From: Candidatus Latescibacterota bacterium | Lineage (GTDB): Bacteria; Latescibacterota; UBA2968 | Direction of reading: 5' to 3' | Length of the DNA: 19,345 nt | Assembly: GCA_038279365.1 (NCBI GenBank) | Contig: JAYODI010000098.1 | Location: 1 to 19,345 of the forward strand | Part shown: positions 1-8,534 of the stretch, in pieces | Position numbering within the stretch: the stretch's first letter is position 1 | Layout of the letters: each line of letters opens with the position of its first letter | Made by a program: the position numbers and the translations under genes | Notes under the pieces: generated by a model | Seen by the model: only the letters and a program-made list of their open reading frames with translations | Databases searched by the model: none | What the model was told of the DNA's origin: nothing

Positions 1-86
1 AAAAAAAGTAAGTCGTGCCGAAGGCAAACCAAGATAAAATCTAAAATAAAACCTGTTTTCCGCTACAACACCCCATTTTCAGCACC

Positions 87-1313
87 CTATCCAAAATAAT
101 ACCCCCAAACCTTCCGAACCGCCGCAATCGTCTGATCAATGTCTTCATCCGTAAATCGCTCATCAACCGGAAGCCGCAAACAGGTACGCGTCAGAGCGTC
201 CACATTGGGACAGGAATCAACATCATAAACGGTATCTCTCCAAAATGAAGGCACCGTGTCGGTAAGTGGATAATATTTCTTTTTTTGAATGAGCTTGGTG
301 CGCAAGATGTTGTTGACCGCCGCCATACCCGTATCGAGGCGAACACCTTCTGCTCGAAGGGCGTTTGCTAATTCATCACGTGTGGGTGTGTCGCCCGTAT
401 ATTGCGCGGCCAATGGCCAATAGGAAGGTTGGCTACCCGAAGCAATATAAGGCAGTTCAAAATGAGGCAGATCGCCGAGCTCGTTGTAGTAGCGTTTGAC
501 AATGGCGGCACGGCGTGCAACCAAGGCTTCGAGCTTGTGGAGTTGGGCCAATCCCACGGCGGCTTGTAGTGCAGTGGGACGATAGTTGGGTGCAAAGAAG
601 GAGACGGGTTGTTCACCTCGATTCACTTTGCAGTCGCGCACGTAGGTTTTATCGCGAAAAAGCCGGGCTATACGCGCGGTGTCATCATCGTTGGTGGTGA
701 CAAACCCACCATCGCCACTGGACATTTGTTTGGATTCATTCATCGAAAAACCACCGGCATCTCCAATGGTGCCCAAGAAACACCCGCCAAAGGTGCCACC
801 GTGGGCCTGGGCACAGTCTTCGAGAATTTTGATGCCCGACTCAAGACCGATGTTCATAAAAGTGTCCATGTCGCAGGGCAAGCCAGACATGTGAACGGTG
901 ATGATGACTTTGGTGCGGTGGGTGATCAATTTGCGTACGCTGTTTGGGCAGATCAGTCGGGTGTGCGGGTCGATGTCGGCAAAGATGGGAATGGCGTGTT
1001 GGGCCAAAATGGCAGCGGTGGTGCCCATGTCGGTCATGGGGTTGGTGATGACTTCGTCGCCTTCGCTTACACCAAGGGCACAAAGCGCGGTGTGTAGTGC
1101 GGCGGTGCCAGAGGTGACCATGATGGCGTGTTTGACGTTGAAGGCTTGGGCGACTTCGGTTTCAAAATCGGCGACCATGCCATCGGTACCCATAAGTCGG
1201 CCACTGTCGATTACTTTGTTGAGTAAGTTGCGTTCTTCATCGCCATAACGGTTGGGGGTGTTGTAGGGGGTGGGTTTGGCTTTGGGACCACCGTGAAGGG
1301 CGAGATTTTCCAT
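87..1313 (-). CDS. DegT/DnrJ/EryC1/StrS family PLP-dependent aminotransferase (408 aa)
   Basis: Family motifs LALHGG, SGTAALH, GDEVI, EDCAQAHG and FSMNESKQMSSGDGG (PLP lysine). Start moved from the ORF track's 1526 to ATG 1313 (MENLALHGG), which follows a GGAG RBS and avoids overlap with the upstream gene. Confidence 0.92.
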   Translation of the reverse strand: MENLALHGGPKAKPTPYNTPNRYGDEERNLLNKVIDSGRLMGTDGMVADFETEVAQAFNVKHAIMVTSGTAALHTALCALGVSEGDEVITNPMTDMGTTAAILAQHAIPIFADIDPHTRLICPNSVRKLITHRTKVIITVHMSGLPCDMDTFMNIGLESGIKILEDCAQAHGGTFGGCFLGTIGDAGGFSMNESKQMSSGDGGFVTTNDDDTARIARLFRDKTYVRDCKVNRGEQPVSFFAPNYRPTALQAAVGLAQLHKLEALVARRAAIVKRYYNELGDLPHFELPYIASGSQPSYWPLAAQYTGDTPTRDELANALRAEGVRLDTGMAAVNNILRTKLIQKKKYYPLTDTVPSFWRDTVYDVDSCPNVDALTRTCLRLPVDERFTDEDIDQTIAAVRKVWGYYFG

Positions 1314-1348
1314 GTTGACTCCAGGCAAAGGCTTGGTTAAAACGGTGT

Positions 1349-2185
1349 TTAAATAACGAGCGAAAGCGAAATAATGGCAATGCCCACACCGGCAATGGCA
1401 GGGCGTGCAAGGTGTTCTTTCCAATAGAAATGGGCAAAGAGGTTGTCGAGTAAAACGACGGAACAGCCGAGCACAGGAAAAAACAATGTGCCGGGTAAAT
1501 GGCTCAGTGCGGTCATTATCACACACAGGGCCACGGCATTATAAAGGCCAATAAAAATGCCGAGTGTGATGGCTGGCATTTGTGGTTTATGTTTTTTGAA
1601 GGCGATGACGCCACAGCCTAAGAGACCTGCGGTGGTTCCGATGATCAATAAGATTTGTAGGTTCAGGGCATCGAGGCCATTGTAGTGTACTGAACGCAAA
1701 CACGTGTGGCTAATGCCTTGCCAGAGGCAAACGAGAATCAAGAGCCCAAAGGCTTTGGGGCCTTTAATATGATGGGTTTGGCCTGAGTGGGAGGTCATGA
1801 GGGCCAGTGCAAAAAGTGCAAGAATGAGGCCTATAAATTGCAAGGGTGCCATGGGCTCGCCCCAAAGGTAAATGCCGAGTGCGATGGGCACAATAATAGA
1901 CATTCTAAATGCGGTGAGTATGGGACCTACGGGTGCGATGGTGAGGGCATAGTTCATTAAAAGCATGGAACTGATGAATACTGTGCCTGTTACAAGGCCT
2001 GTGTAAATAGCCCCCGTGGGGAATATCCACGCATCGGTTATAAGGAGGTAAATGGCGATAGATAGTGCAACGGTGATGTAGTTTGCACTGACGACAACGG
2101 GGGCATAATATCCGCGTCTTTGTGCCAACTTGAAAAATTGGATAAAACCAAAATCGAGAATGATAGATAAAAAGAGCCAGATCAT
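1349..2185 (-). CDS. EamA/DMT family transporter, paralogue 2 (278 aa)
   Basis: About 10 hydrophobic segments with DMT-like motifs (IYLWGEP, HFYWKEHL). Start set at ATG 2185 (MIWLFLSII) by colinearity with the adjacent paralogue. Confidence 0.85.
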   Translation of the reverse strand: MIWLFLSIILDFGFIQFFKLAQRRGYYAPVVVSANYITVALSIAIYLLITDAWIFPTGAIYTGLVTGTVFISSMLLMNYALTIAPVGPILTAFRMSIIVPIALGIYLWGEPMAPLQFIGLILALFALALMTSHSGQTHHIKGPKAFGLLILVCLWQGISHTCLRSVHYNGLDALNLQILLIIGTTAGLLGCGVIAFKKHKPQMPAITLGIFIGLYNAVALCVIMTALSHLPGTLFFPVLGCSVVLLDNLFAHFYWKEHLARPAIAGVGIAIISLSLVI

Positions 2186-2199
2186 AACACGTTGCTTCT

Positions 2200-3036
2200 T
2201 TACATGACAAGGGTAATGGCCACAACGGCCAAACAGACGCCCGCAATGGCAGGGCGGGTGAGGTATTCTTTCCAGAAGAAATGTGCAGAAAGATTGTCGA
2301 GCAAGACGACGCTGCATCCCACAATGGGGAAATAAACGGTGCCGGGTACCACACTCAGTGCGGTGAGCACAACAGACAGTGCCAGCGTGTTGTAAAGTCC
2401 AATTCCTAAGCCCACATAAACATCTTTGGGTCGAAAAGTTTGACGGCGGATGAGGACAAAAATCCAACCCAAGGTGCCAGCGGTTGCGCCAATGACCATG
2501 AGGACGTTGAGGCGATAAGGGTCGAGGCCCGCATAATGCACCCAGCGCATACACGTCATGCCCACGCCTTGAATGATGAAAATGGTGAAGATCATGACAA
2601 ATGCTTTGGTGCCCCGTAATGGATGTGTGCTCGATTTGTTGTGGGTCATGAGAGCCAATGCCACAATGGCGAGCGTAATGCCTGTGAGTTGGATCAGGGT
2701 AATGGGTTCTGCCCAAATGATCACGCTAAGCGCAACGGGTAAGAGCATCGACAAACGGAAGGCCGTGATGACGGGGGCGACACCTGCAACCGTGAGGCCA
2801 TAGGTCATCACGAGCATGGAGGCGATAAAGGTGATGCCAATGCAGATACCGATTTTGAAGATGTCTGGCGTGAAGACCCATTGATTGGTGAGATATAAGA
2901 ATATAGCCAGTGCTAAGGAGAGTGCCAAATAGTTGGCAGAGACCACCACGGGCGCATATTCACCGCGTCGTTGTGAGCCTTTGAAGAGTTGCACAAACCC
3001 AAAACTGAAGAAGATGGCGATAAAAACCCAGTGCAA
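2200..3036 (-). CDS. EamA/DMT family transporter, paralogue 1 (278 aa)
   Basis: Hydrophobic multi-TM protein with IIWAEP and FFWKEYL motifs. TTG start preceded by AGGT. Aligns colinearly with 1349..2185. Confidence 0.85.
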   Translation of the reverse strand: MHWVFIAIFFSFGFVQLFKGSQRRGEYAPVVVSANYLALSLALAIFLYLTNQWVFTPDIFKIGICIGITFIASMLVMTYGLTVAGVAPVITAFRLSMLLPVALSVIIWAEPITLIQLTGITLAIVALALMTHNKSSTHPLRGTKAFVMIFTIFIIQGVGMTCMRWVHYAGLDPYRLNVLMVIGATAGTLGWIFVLIRRQTFRPKDVYVGLGIGLYNTLALSVVLTALSVVPGTVYFPIVGCSVVLLDNLSAHFFWKEYLTRPAIAGVCLAVVAITLVM

Positions 3037-3113
3037 AAGATACCTGCTTAAAAAGAGTGCGTGATGTGAAATGGTAAAGGCCGAAAGATAAGGATTTTTT
3101 ACAGTGGGTGCAT

Positions 3114-3145
3114 AAAAAAAGCCGATCTTTTTGATCGGCTTTTTT
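3114..3145 (-). terminator. Intrinsic terminator downstream of hicA (potentially bidirectional)
   Basis: A7-GCCGATC-TTTTT-GATCGGC-T6, a perfect 7-bp GC-rich stem flanked by A and T tracts, 5 nt after the hicA stop. Confidence 0.85.
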
Positions 3146-3150
3146 ACAGA

Positions 3151-3339
3151 TTAGCCTATTTCTGGTATGGACAATCCACGACAAATTTTCTTGATCAATA
3201 AATCTGGTATTTCTGTGTGCCGAGGAACTGTTTCAATTTGTCCTGTTTGGGGATTGGTCCATATAGAATGTGAGCGCCCTTCTCGTTTTAAGTAACACCC
3301 ATTTCTTCGTAAATGTTTTAGAAACGTGTTTCGCTTCAT
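3151..3339 (-). CDS. hicA: Type II toxin-antitoxin system HicA family toxin (62 aa)
   Basis: MKRNTFLKHLRRNGC..REGRSHSIW..VPRHTEI..KKICRGL matches the HicA dsRBD-like pattern including the G-x-S-H histidine. ATG 3339 overlaps the hicB stop as ATGA. Confidence 0.9.
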   Translation of the reverse strand: MKRNTFLKHLRRNGCYLKREGRSHSIWTNPQTGQIETVPRHTEIPDLLIKKICRGLSIPEIG

Positions 3340-3551
3340 TCTACGACCACAGTTCCACATACTGCATTGCTTGGTACACCTCGCAAACCATCTTCGCGTC
3401 GGTCTTCCAAGATTAACGAAATTGCGTCAGAGAGGCTTTGAAGGGATTCTTCTTTGGTTTTGCCTTGTCCGTTTGCACCGGGTATTTCTGGCGAATATGC
3501 AATAAACCAATCTCCATCTCGTTCAATGATATAGGAAAATTCATTTCTCAT
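3336..3551 (-). CDS. hicB: Type II toxin-antitoxin system HicB family antitoxin, short form (71 aa)
   Basis: IIERDGDWFIAYSPEIPGANGQGKTKEESLQSLSDAI is the typical HicB partial RNase H-fold N-terminal domain. AGGAG RBS upstream. Confidence 0.9.
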   Translation of the reverse strand: MRNEFSYIIERDGDWFIAYSPEIPGANGQGKTKEESLQSLSDAISLILEDRREDGLRGVPSNAVCGTVVVE

Positions 3552-3591
3552 TGAGGTCTCCTAACGGTAGGTGAATTTCATGCTTTCATAA

Positions 3592-3619
3592 AAAATCTTC
3601 AAAATTTACGTTCTGTCAA
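3592..3619 (-). promoter_or_regulatory. Putative sigma70 promoter of hicB-hicA
   Basis: Consensus -35 TTGACA (3619-3614), a 16-nt spacer and a weak -10 GATTTT (3597-3592), about 40 nt upstream of the hicB ATG. Confidence 0.45.
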
Positions 3620-3633
3620 TCATAAAATGATGA

Positions 3634-3933
3634 TTATTTTAACTTTTCGTTGACACTGTTGATCTTATCTTCCATCGTTTGAACGCGGTCTGTGCGCGTG
3701 CCCACTTTGATGGTGGTGGTAATGCGTGGTGCGCCCATTTCATGAACGGTTTCGTGGCATTTTTTGATGGCGGCAAAAACGGCATCCCACTCGCCTTCTA
3801 TGTTGGTGCCATAAGCGTGTAGGTGTGTTTTTAGGCCCGCATCAGAGAGCACTTTTTCACAGGCAGCAACGTGTTTAGAAACGGACACGCCTACGCCCAT
3901 AGGTACCACACAAAGATCGACCATCACGTTCAC
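3634..3933 (-). CDS. MTH1187/YkoF-like thiamine-binding family protein (99 aa)
   Basis: DLCVVPMG..SVSKHVA..HAYGTNIEGEWD..GAPRI..GTRTD..MEDKINSV pattern. GTG start at 3933 with a GAGGT RBS. Confidence 0.88.
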   Translation of the reverse strand: MNVMVDLCVVPMGVGVSVSKHVAACEKVLSDAGLKTHLHAYGTNIEGEWDAVFAAIKKCHETVHEMGAPRITTTIKVGTRTDRVQTMEDKINSVNEKLK

Positions 3934-3947
3934 AACAAACCTCGCTT

Positions 3948-4925
3948 TCAATGTTCTTTTGGTGCTGATGTTTCGGGTTGAATGGGTGAAGAAATAGGAA
4001 TATCTGAGGTTTCGATATCTGGTTGTGGCAATGGTTCTGGGATATGGTTTCGAAATAAGATCCAATACATGGCCACGGCTGTCAAAATATAGGAAAAGAA
4101 TCCAAGCCAAGCATGAAGTTCTTGAGCGGTGAATACGGTGTTGGTTGCCAAGGCTGAGCCTTCGTAGTTGGTGAAAATACCCGTAAATACGTTGTTGGCG
4201 ACGTGAATGCCAATGGCCAGTTCAGCACCGTTGTCTTTGAGTGTGATGAGGGTGAGAAAGGCACCCCACGCAAAGTATGCCAGCCAAGAGGGCAAGCCGT
4301 GCTCAATCTCGGGATTGGCTGAGTGCAGAGCCATAAACCCAAGGCCATTGAGAAGGATGAGCATCAGGGAGTTGCGAATGAGATGGCCGAGTGCTTGCAA
4401 GAGGTAACCTCGAAACAAAAATTCTTCGGATGCCGCTTGAAACGGGATAAATACCAACACCAAAATAGCGAACGTATAGAACTGAGCAGGATCGAGCGTA
4501 TATGTATACGTGCCAGGATAAATGAGTTCTTCGATGATAACGCTCAAAATGATACATGCGATTTGCCATTTGAAGCCTTGCCATACACGGTGCCAACGAA
4601 TGGTTTTATAAGGTGTGATGAGGGATAAAAAAGGGCGGTGATGCAAGCGGCAAACAGTGAGCCAAATGCCTATGATGAGTGCAAAAAATGTGAGGCAAAG
4701 GGCGATAAAGTCTGGAATGGGACGCGACCCGTCCATGGGTTCTCTGTTGGGTGTTACAGATAAAAAGTCACTGCCAAATATAAGGGCAATGAAAATGAGA
4801 CTGCCCAAGAGCCAGATGCACCCTATGACGAAAAAACCGATAAGGTACATTCCCCAACGTGTTTTGCCTTGGTTGGCAAGGTCGAGAAAGGCTTGGCCCA
4901 TTTTTTCGGGTTGTGTGTTACTCAT
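3948..4925 (-). CDS. CPBP (CAAX/Abi) family intramembrane glutamic endopeptidase
   Basis: Multi-TM protein with all three motifs: EExxxR (SEEFLFRG), FxxxH (FMALH) and HxxNN (HVANN). Pro/acidic low-complexity C-terminal tail. Confidence 0.9.
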   Translation of the reverse strand: MSNTQPEKMGQAFLDLANQGKTRWGMYLIGFFVIGCIWLLGSLIFIALIFGSDFLSVTPNREPMDGSRPIPDFIALCLTFFALIIGIWLTVCRLHHRPFLSLITPYKTIRWHRVWQGFKWQIACIILSVIIEELIYPGTYTYTLDPAQFYTFAILVLVFIPFQAASEEFLFRGYLLQALGHLIRNSLMLILLNGLGFMALHSANPEIEHGLPSWLAYFAWGAFLTLITLKDNGAELAIGIHVANNVFTGIFTNYEGSALATNTVFTAQELHAWLGFFSYILTAVAMYWILFRNHIPEPLPQPDIETSDIPISSPIQPETSAPKEH

Positions 4926-4947
4926 CGCTTGTCCGGTCTGTATTGAT

Positions 4948-4983
4948 GCGTACTTTTCTTTTTTGATAAAAAAGAAAGACGCG
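4948..4983. terminator. AT-rich hairpin immediately downstream of the dehydratase gene (possible terminator or mRNA stabiliser)
   Basis: GCGT..TTTCTTTTTT-GAT-AAAAAAGAAA..ACGC inverted repeat. The stem is AT-rich and lacks a clear U-tail on the minus strand. Confidence 0.35.
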
Positions 4984-4985
4984 TT

Positions 4986-6131
4986 TTACCAATCGGCAAC
5001 ACTGCCATCGTTGTCGTAATAAAATTCACCACCGAGTTCTTCTTCGTAAAGGTTTATGTTTTGTTCGGCTTCTTCAGGAATCAGCTCAAAACCCAAACCG
5101 GGTTTGGTGGGCAGGTCGATGTGCCCGTCTTTGACCACCCAAGGTTCTTTTAATAAGCCTTCGCCCAAACCGGCATCGACTTGTTCTTGGATGAGAAAAT
5201 TGGGGACGGCGGCATCCACTTGCATACACGACGAGAAGGCAACGGGGCCAATGGCACAGTGTGGCATAATGTGCATGTAATAGACTTCGGCCATGTTGGC
5301 AATGCGTTTGAGTTCCGATATGCCACCTGCATGTGATCCATCGGGCTGAATGTAGGCCACAACGTTTTTCTCAAAGATTTGGCGAAATTCCCAACGTGAG
5401 AGGAGGCGTTCTCCGGTGGCGATGGGGAAGGGCACGTGATCGGACACATGTTTGAGCGCGTCCACGTTTTCTTGGGGCACAGGCTCTTCCACAAACATGG
5501 GGCGCATGCCTTTGATTTCGTGGCAGACTTCAACGGCGAGCGCGGGTGTCATTTTGCCGTGGAAATCGAAGCAGATTTCGCAATCGTCACCGACCCATTC
5601 GCGCATGGTGTAGGCGCATTTAACAAAACGGTCGATGGTGGCTGGGGGTTCGTGGGCACGCCATTTGCCACCGGGGCCCGACTTGAAGGCTTTGTAGCCG
5701 CCTTTTTTTTGAAGCATCTCAAGGCGTGCACGCGATGATTCAAGGGCTTTTTCAGACATGTCGCGAATACCCCAGTGTGCGTAGACACGTATTTTGTTGC
5801 GCACGGCACCACCCAAGAGTTGATAGGTGGGCACATCAAAGTGTTTGCCCGCAATGTCCCACAAGGCTTGGTCAATGCCCGAAAGTGCGGTCATGAGCAC
5901 ATTGCCACCGCGAAAAAAAGCCGAGCGATAGATGTGTTGCCAATGGTGTTCAATGGTGAGTGGGTCTTTGCCGATGAGATAATCGGCGAGTTCTTCTACG
6001 GCACCCCACGTGCTTTTGGGTTTGCCCTCAAGGGTGGTTTCTCCCCAGCCAACAATGCCTGTGTCGGTGGTGATTTTGATGAGGCGCATTCTTTTGCGGG
6101 GGTAGAATTGTTCTATTTTGGCGATTTTCAT
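4986..6131 (-). CDS. dgoD: Galactonate dehydratase-like enzyme (mandelate racemase subgroup, enolase superfamily)
   Basis: GWGE, SGIDQALWDIAGK, LLGG, metal ligands in DFHG / EEP / GER, QPD, PHC and a C-terminal DGSVADW characteristic of DgoD. AGGAG RBS. Exact substrate not established. Confidence 0.8.
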   Translation of the reverse strand: MKIAKIEQFYPRKRMRLIKITTDTGIVGWGETTLEGKPKSTWGAVEELADYLIGKDPLTIEHHWQHIYRSAFFRGGNVLMTALSGIDQALWDIAGKHFDVPTYQLLGGAVRNKIRVYAHWGIRDMSEKALESSRARLEMLQKKGGYKAFKSGPGGKWRAHEPPATIDRFVKCAYTMREWVGDDCEICFDFHGKMTPALAVEVCHEIKGMRPMFVEEPVPQENVDALKHVSDHVPFPIATGERLLSRWEFRQIFEKNVVAYIQPDGSHAGGISELKRIANMAEVYYMHIMPHCAIGPVAFSSCMQVDAAVPNFLIQEQVDAGLGEGLLKEPWVVKDGHIDLPTKPGLGFELIPEEAEQNINLYEEELGGEFYYDNDGSVADW

Positions 6132-6252
6132 GGTGACGTGCTCCTATAAAATTTTTGAAAATTTGGCCTTTGTACAAATCGTAACGCCATGCTTGAGGTA
6201 CTGTTGGTGCAGGTCCTTAACGCAGGGTGCTGTTGAAGAAGGATTTGGGGAA

Positions 6253-6281
6253 TAGACACGATACTTGTCAGATCGTATCTA
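6253..6281. terminator. Hairpin downstream of the aldo-keto reductase gene
   Basis: TAGACACGAT-9nt-ATCGTATCTA, a 10-bp stem with one G-U pair on the minus-strand RNA and no good U-tail. Confidence 0.3.
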
Positions 6282-6290
6282 AGCAAAATA

Positions 6291-7226
6291 TTATTCAACC
6301 CCAAGCGTTTCTATTTCTTGCACGAGGTCATTGGGCAATGGGCCTTGTTCTGCTGCGCGTACACATTCTTCAATTTCTGCGGGTGTTTTTGCGCCAATGA
6401 TGATGGTATCCATTTCACTTTGGCCCACCATAAAACGAACGCCGAGTGTGGCCAATGACATGCCGCTTTCGGCTTGGAGGGCAAAGATTTTTTTGTAGTT
6501 TTCCAAGAGTTCGGGTGTCATCCAGTTGGGTGGTGATTCCAATATTTTGGGATTTGTAACGGCAAGGTTACGGGCGAAGATGGCACCGATCATGCCCACG
6601 CAGCCCTTTTCTTTGGCAATGGGGAGGGCTTGGCGTGCACCTCGGCGAATGAGGTCGTAGTTAAAAGCGAGTAGAAATGTGTTTACGTCAACATCCTTTA
6701 ATACACGGCTCATATTGTCTGCTGTGTTTCCTGAAATGCCGATGAAACGACAGCGTTCTTCTTTTTGAAGTTGACGCAGAGTTTGGAGTGCTGGGGCGTT
6801 GTTGAAGCTGTATTCAATGTCGGGATTGAGACGACCTTGGTGAGATGTGTCTGTTGACCACCAGTGGTGAAAGTCGGCTTCGTGGAGTTGGAGGGTGTCT
6901 ACGTAATCACGGCGCAAGAGGCGCAGGTTTTCTTCGTATTGGGTGACGAGTGCTTCTGGTGAGTGAAACCGTGACGGGTTTTTAAAGTAGCCGAGTTTTG
7001 TGGCCAAGAGGTAACCGTCTTTTTTGTCTTTGAGGCCTTCGCCTAAAACGGCTTGAGAGACGCCATTGCAATACATAGGTGAGGTGTCGAAATAAGTGAT
7101 GCCAAGGTCTAAGGCTTTGTGAACGGTGGCGACGCCGTCGGCAAATGAGCTGGCAGTGAGATAGGCTCCTCCTAAGCCAATGATGGATGTTTGTTCGCCG
7201 GTTTTTCCGTAGGGTCTTTGTTGCAT
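6291..7226 (-). CDS. Aldo/keto reductase (resembles L-fucose/L-galactose dehydrogenase-type AKRs)
   Basis: GKTG..SIIGLG, GITYFDTSPMY (catalytic D and Y), LATKLG (K), LQLH (H), RFIGIS, IIIGAKTPAEIEE. AAGGA RBS. Confidence 0.9.
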   Translation of the reverse strand: MQQRPYGKTGEQTSIIGLGGAYLTASSFADGVATVHKALDLGITYFDTSPMYCNGVSQAVLGEGLKDKKDGYLLATKLGYFKNPSRFHSPEALVTQYEENLRLLRRDYVDTLQLHEADFHHWWSTDTSHQGRLNPDIEYSFNNAPALQTLRQLQKEERCRFIGISGNTADNMSRVLKDVDVNTFLLAFNYDLIRRGARQALPIAKEKGCVGMIGAIFARNLAVTNPKILESPPNWMTPELLENYKKIFALQAESGMSLATLGVRFMVGQSEMDTIIIGAKTPAEIEECVRAAEQGPLPNDLVQEIETLGVE

Positions 7227-7246
7227 GGGTATCCTTAGGTGAGGGG

Positions 7247-7295
7247 TTAGCAGTTAGCAGTTAGCAGTCAGCGATCAGCAGTCAGCGATCAGCAA
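7247..7295. repeat. Heptamer tandem repeat, 7 units (TTAGCAG x3, then TCAGCGA/TCAGCAG variants)
   Basis: Units read directly: ttagcag ttagcag ttagcag tcagcga tcagcag tcagcga tcagcaa. Confidence 0.95.
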
Positions 7296-7317
7296 AACCG
7301 AAAAAGCAAAATGGTGT

Positions 7318-8400
7318 TTAGAAACGATAGAGGTTCATTGCATTTTCGACTTTCACCATACGTTCTAAGTTTGGGCTGATTTTGATGGGAAATGCGCGGT
7401 CGGGTGCGTCAAAATCCCAGTGGGGATAGTCGGTGGCAAAGAGCAAACGGTCGGGTTGGTCATAGTGTTCTAAGAATTGGTTGAAGTGTTCGGGTTTTTC
7501 GGGTTCTTCCATCGGTTGTGTGGTGACCCACACGTGGTTGCGAATATAGTGTGAAGGTGGGTGTTGTACGTGTGGCACTTCGTCTTTGAGTTGGGCGTAG
7601 GTGCGATCTAATCGCCAAGAAAGGGCGGGCAACCAAGCCATGCCGCCTTCAATGAGGACAAGTTTGAGATTGGGGAATTGATCAAAGACGCCTTCAAAAA
7701 TGAGACTGATGACGTGGTGTTGAAAGGCTTGGGCCATGCCGGCGTGGTATTCGATGTAGTAGGAGGGCCAGCCTGTGCCGGTAATGGGGTGACCGCCATT
7801 GCCACCGCCAAAGTGTATGCCCACGGGGAGGTTGTTTCGTTGGGCGGCTTCGTAGAGGGGCCAGTATTTTCGGTTGCCCAATGGGGCGGATGTAAAGGTG
7901 GGCAAAAGGACTTGAACGAAACGTGGGTCTTGGGCCATTCGGTCAATTTCTTCGGCAGCCAAGTTGCCATTTTCAAAAGCGACAATGAGTGAGGCGCGCA
8001 AACGGGGTTCGGGGTCGAGCCATTCGGCGGCTTGACAGGTGTTGATGGCACGGGCAAATGCGGCATCGTATTCGGGCAGTTGGTTGCGAATGGGTGTGAG
8101 GGTGTTGAGAATGCCCAAATCGATGTTCCAAGCGTCTAAGAGTTGTTCGCGTAAAAAAGGCAAGTTTGATCCTGGGCTTCCACCACCAGGTGGCCAAGCG
8201 TCTGTGCGATGGGCACCGGGTTGGCTTTTGGGGTAGGTGGTGCCACCAAATCCTCTGCGCCCAAACCGTTCGTGATAGGTGCGCCATTTGTCGGGAATGA
8301 ATTTGTTAAGTGCTGGGCGCAAGCCGTTGTGAATGTCGCAGTCGATGAGTTGGATGTCTTGTGCACTTGGAGTGGTGATTGTGGCGCTGGTGCTTGACAT
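7318..8400 (-). CDS. Amidohydrolase_2 family protein; candidate dinuclear oxygenase catalytic subunit (AibH2/PtmU3-like), 360 aa
   Basis: DCDIH, GIHFGG, LIEGG, TTQPMEEP and ATDYPHWD motifs. Start at ATG 8400 with a GGAG RBS; the longer ORF start lies inside a tandem repeat. Confidence 0.85.
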   Translation of the reverse strand: MSSTSATITTPSAQDIQLIDCDIHNGLRPALNKFIPDKWRTYHERFGRRGFGGTTYPKSQPGAHRTDAWPPGGGSPGSNLPFLREQLLDAWNIDLGILNTLTPIRNQLPEYDAAFARAINTCQAAEWLDPEPRLRASLIVAFENGNLAAEEIDRMAQDPRFVQVLLPTFTSAPLGNRKYWPLYEAAQRNNLPVGIHFGGGNGGHPITGTGWPSYYIEYHAGMAQAFQHHVISLIFEGVFDQFPNLKLVLIEGGMAWLPALSWRLDRTYAQLKDEVPHVQHPPSHYIRNHVWVTTQPMEEPEKPEHFNQFLEHYDQPDRLLFATDYPHWDFDAPDRAFPIKISPNLERMVKVENAMNLYRF

Positions 8401-8430
8401 GGGTGACTCCGGTTGAATGGCAATGGTGAG

Positions 8431-8500
8431 ACGGCAGACGGCAAACGGCAAACGGCAAACGGCAAACGGCAAACGGCAAACGGCAAACGGCAGACGGCAG
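8431..8500. repeat. Heptamer tandem repeat ACGGCAR x10 (7 consecutive perfect ACGGCAA)
   Basis: Units counted at 8431, 8438, ... 8494, with degenerate units on both sides. Confidence 0.97.
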
Positions 8501-8534
8501 ACGTGGCGATGTGAATGGTGATTGTTTTATTTTT

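Noticed and set aside
1-86. Small TGCC-GAA-GGCA hairpin and A-tract at the left edge as a terminator
   Set aside because: Only a 4-bp stem and the context is truncated by the window edge.
1314-1526. Cys/His-rich N-terminal extension of the DegT ORF
   Set aside because: Overlaps the DMT gene in another frame; the family-typical start is MENLALHGG.
2186-2716. Long upstream extension of the second DMT ORF (455 aa), suggesting a fusion or frameshift
   Set aside because: The extension is an alternative frame of the first DMT gene; both paralogues are intact at 278 aa.
3948-4925. CPBP/'Abi' protease near a TA pair as a defence island
   Set aside because: CPBP proteins are widespread membrane proteases; there are no other defence or mobility genes, and an MTH1187 gene separates them.
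6132-6290. 159-bp leader upstream of the dgoD-like gene, considered as a riboswitch, sRNA or leader peptide
   Set aside because: No aptamer consensus that I recognise, and the short open frames lack a convincing RBS; an Rfam/Infernal search would be needed.
8401-8486. N-terminal extensions MPFAVCRLPFAVCRL on ORFs 7318..8472 and 8136..8486
   Set aside because: They are simply translations of the heptamer repeat; the real start is ATG 8400 with a GGAG RBS.
7247-8500. Repeat arrays considered as CRISPR
   Set aside because: Units are 7 bp, contiguous, without spacers, and no cas genes are present.
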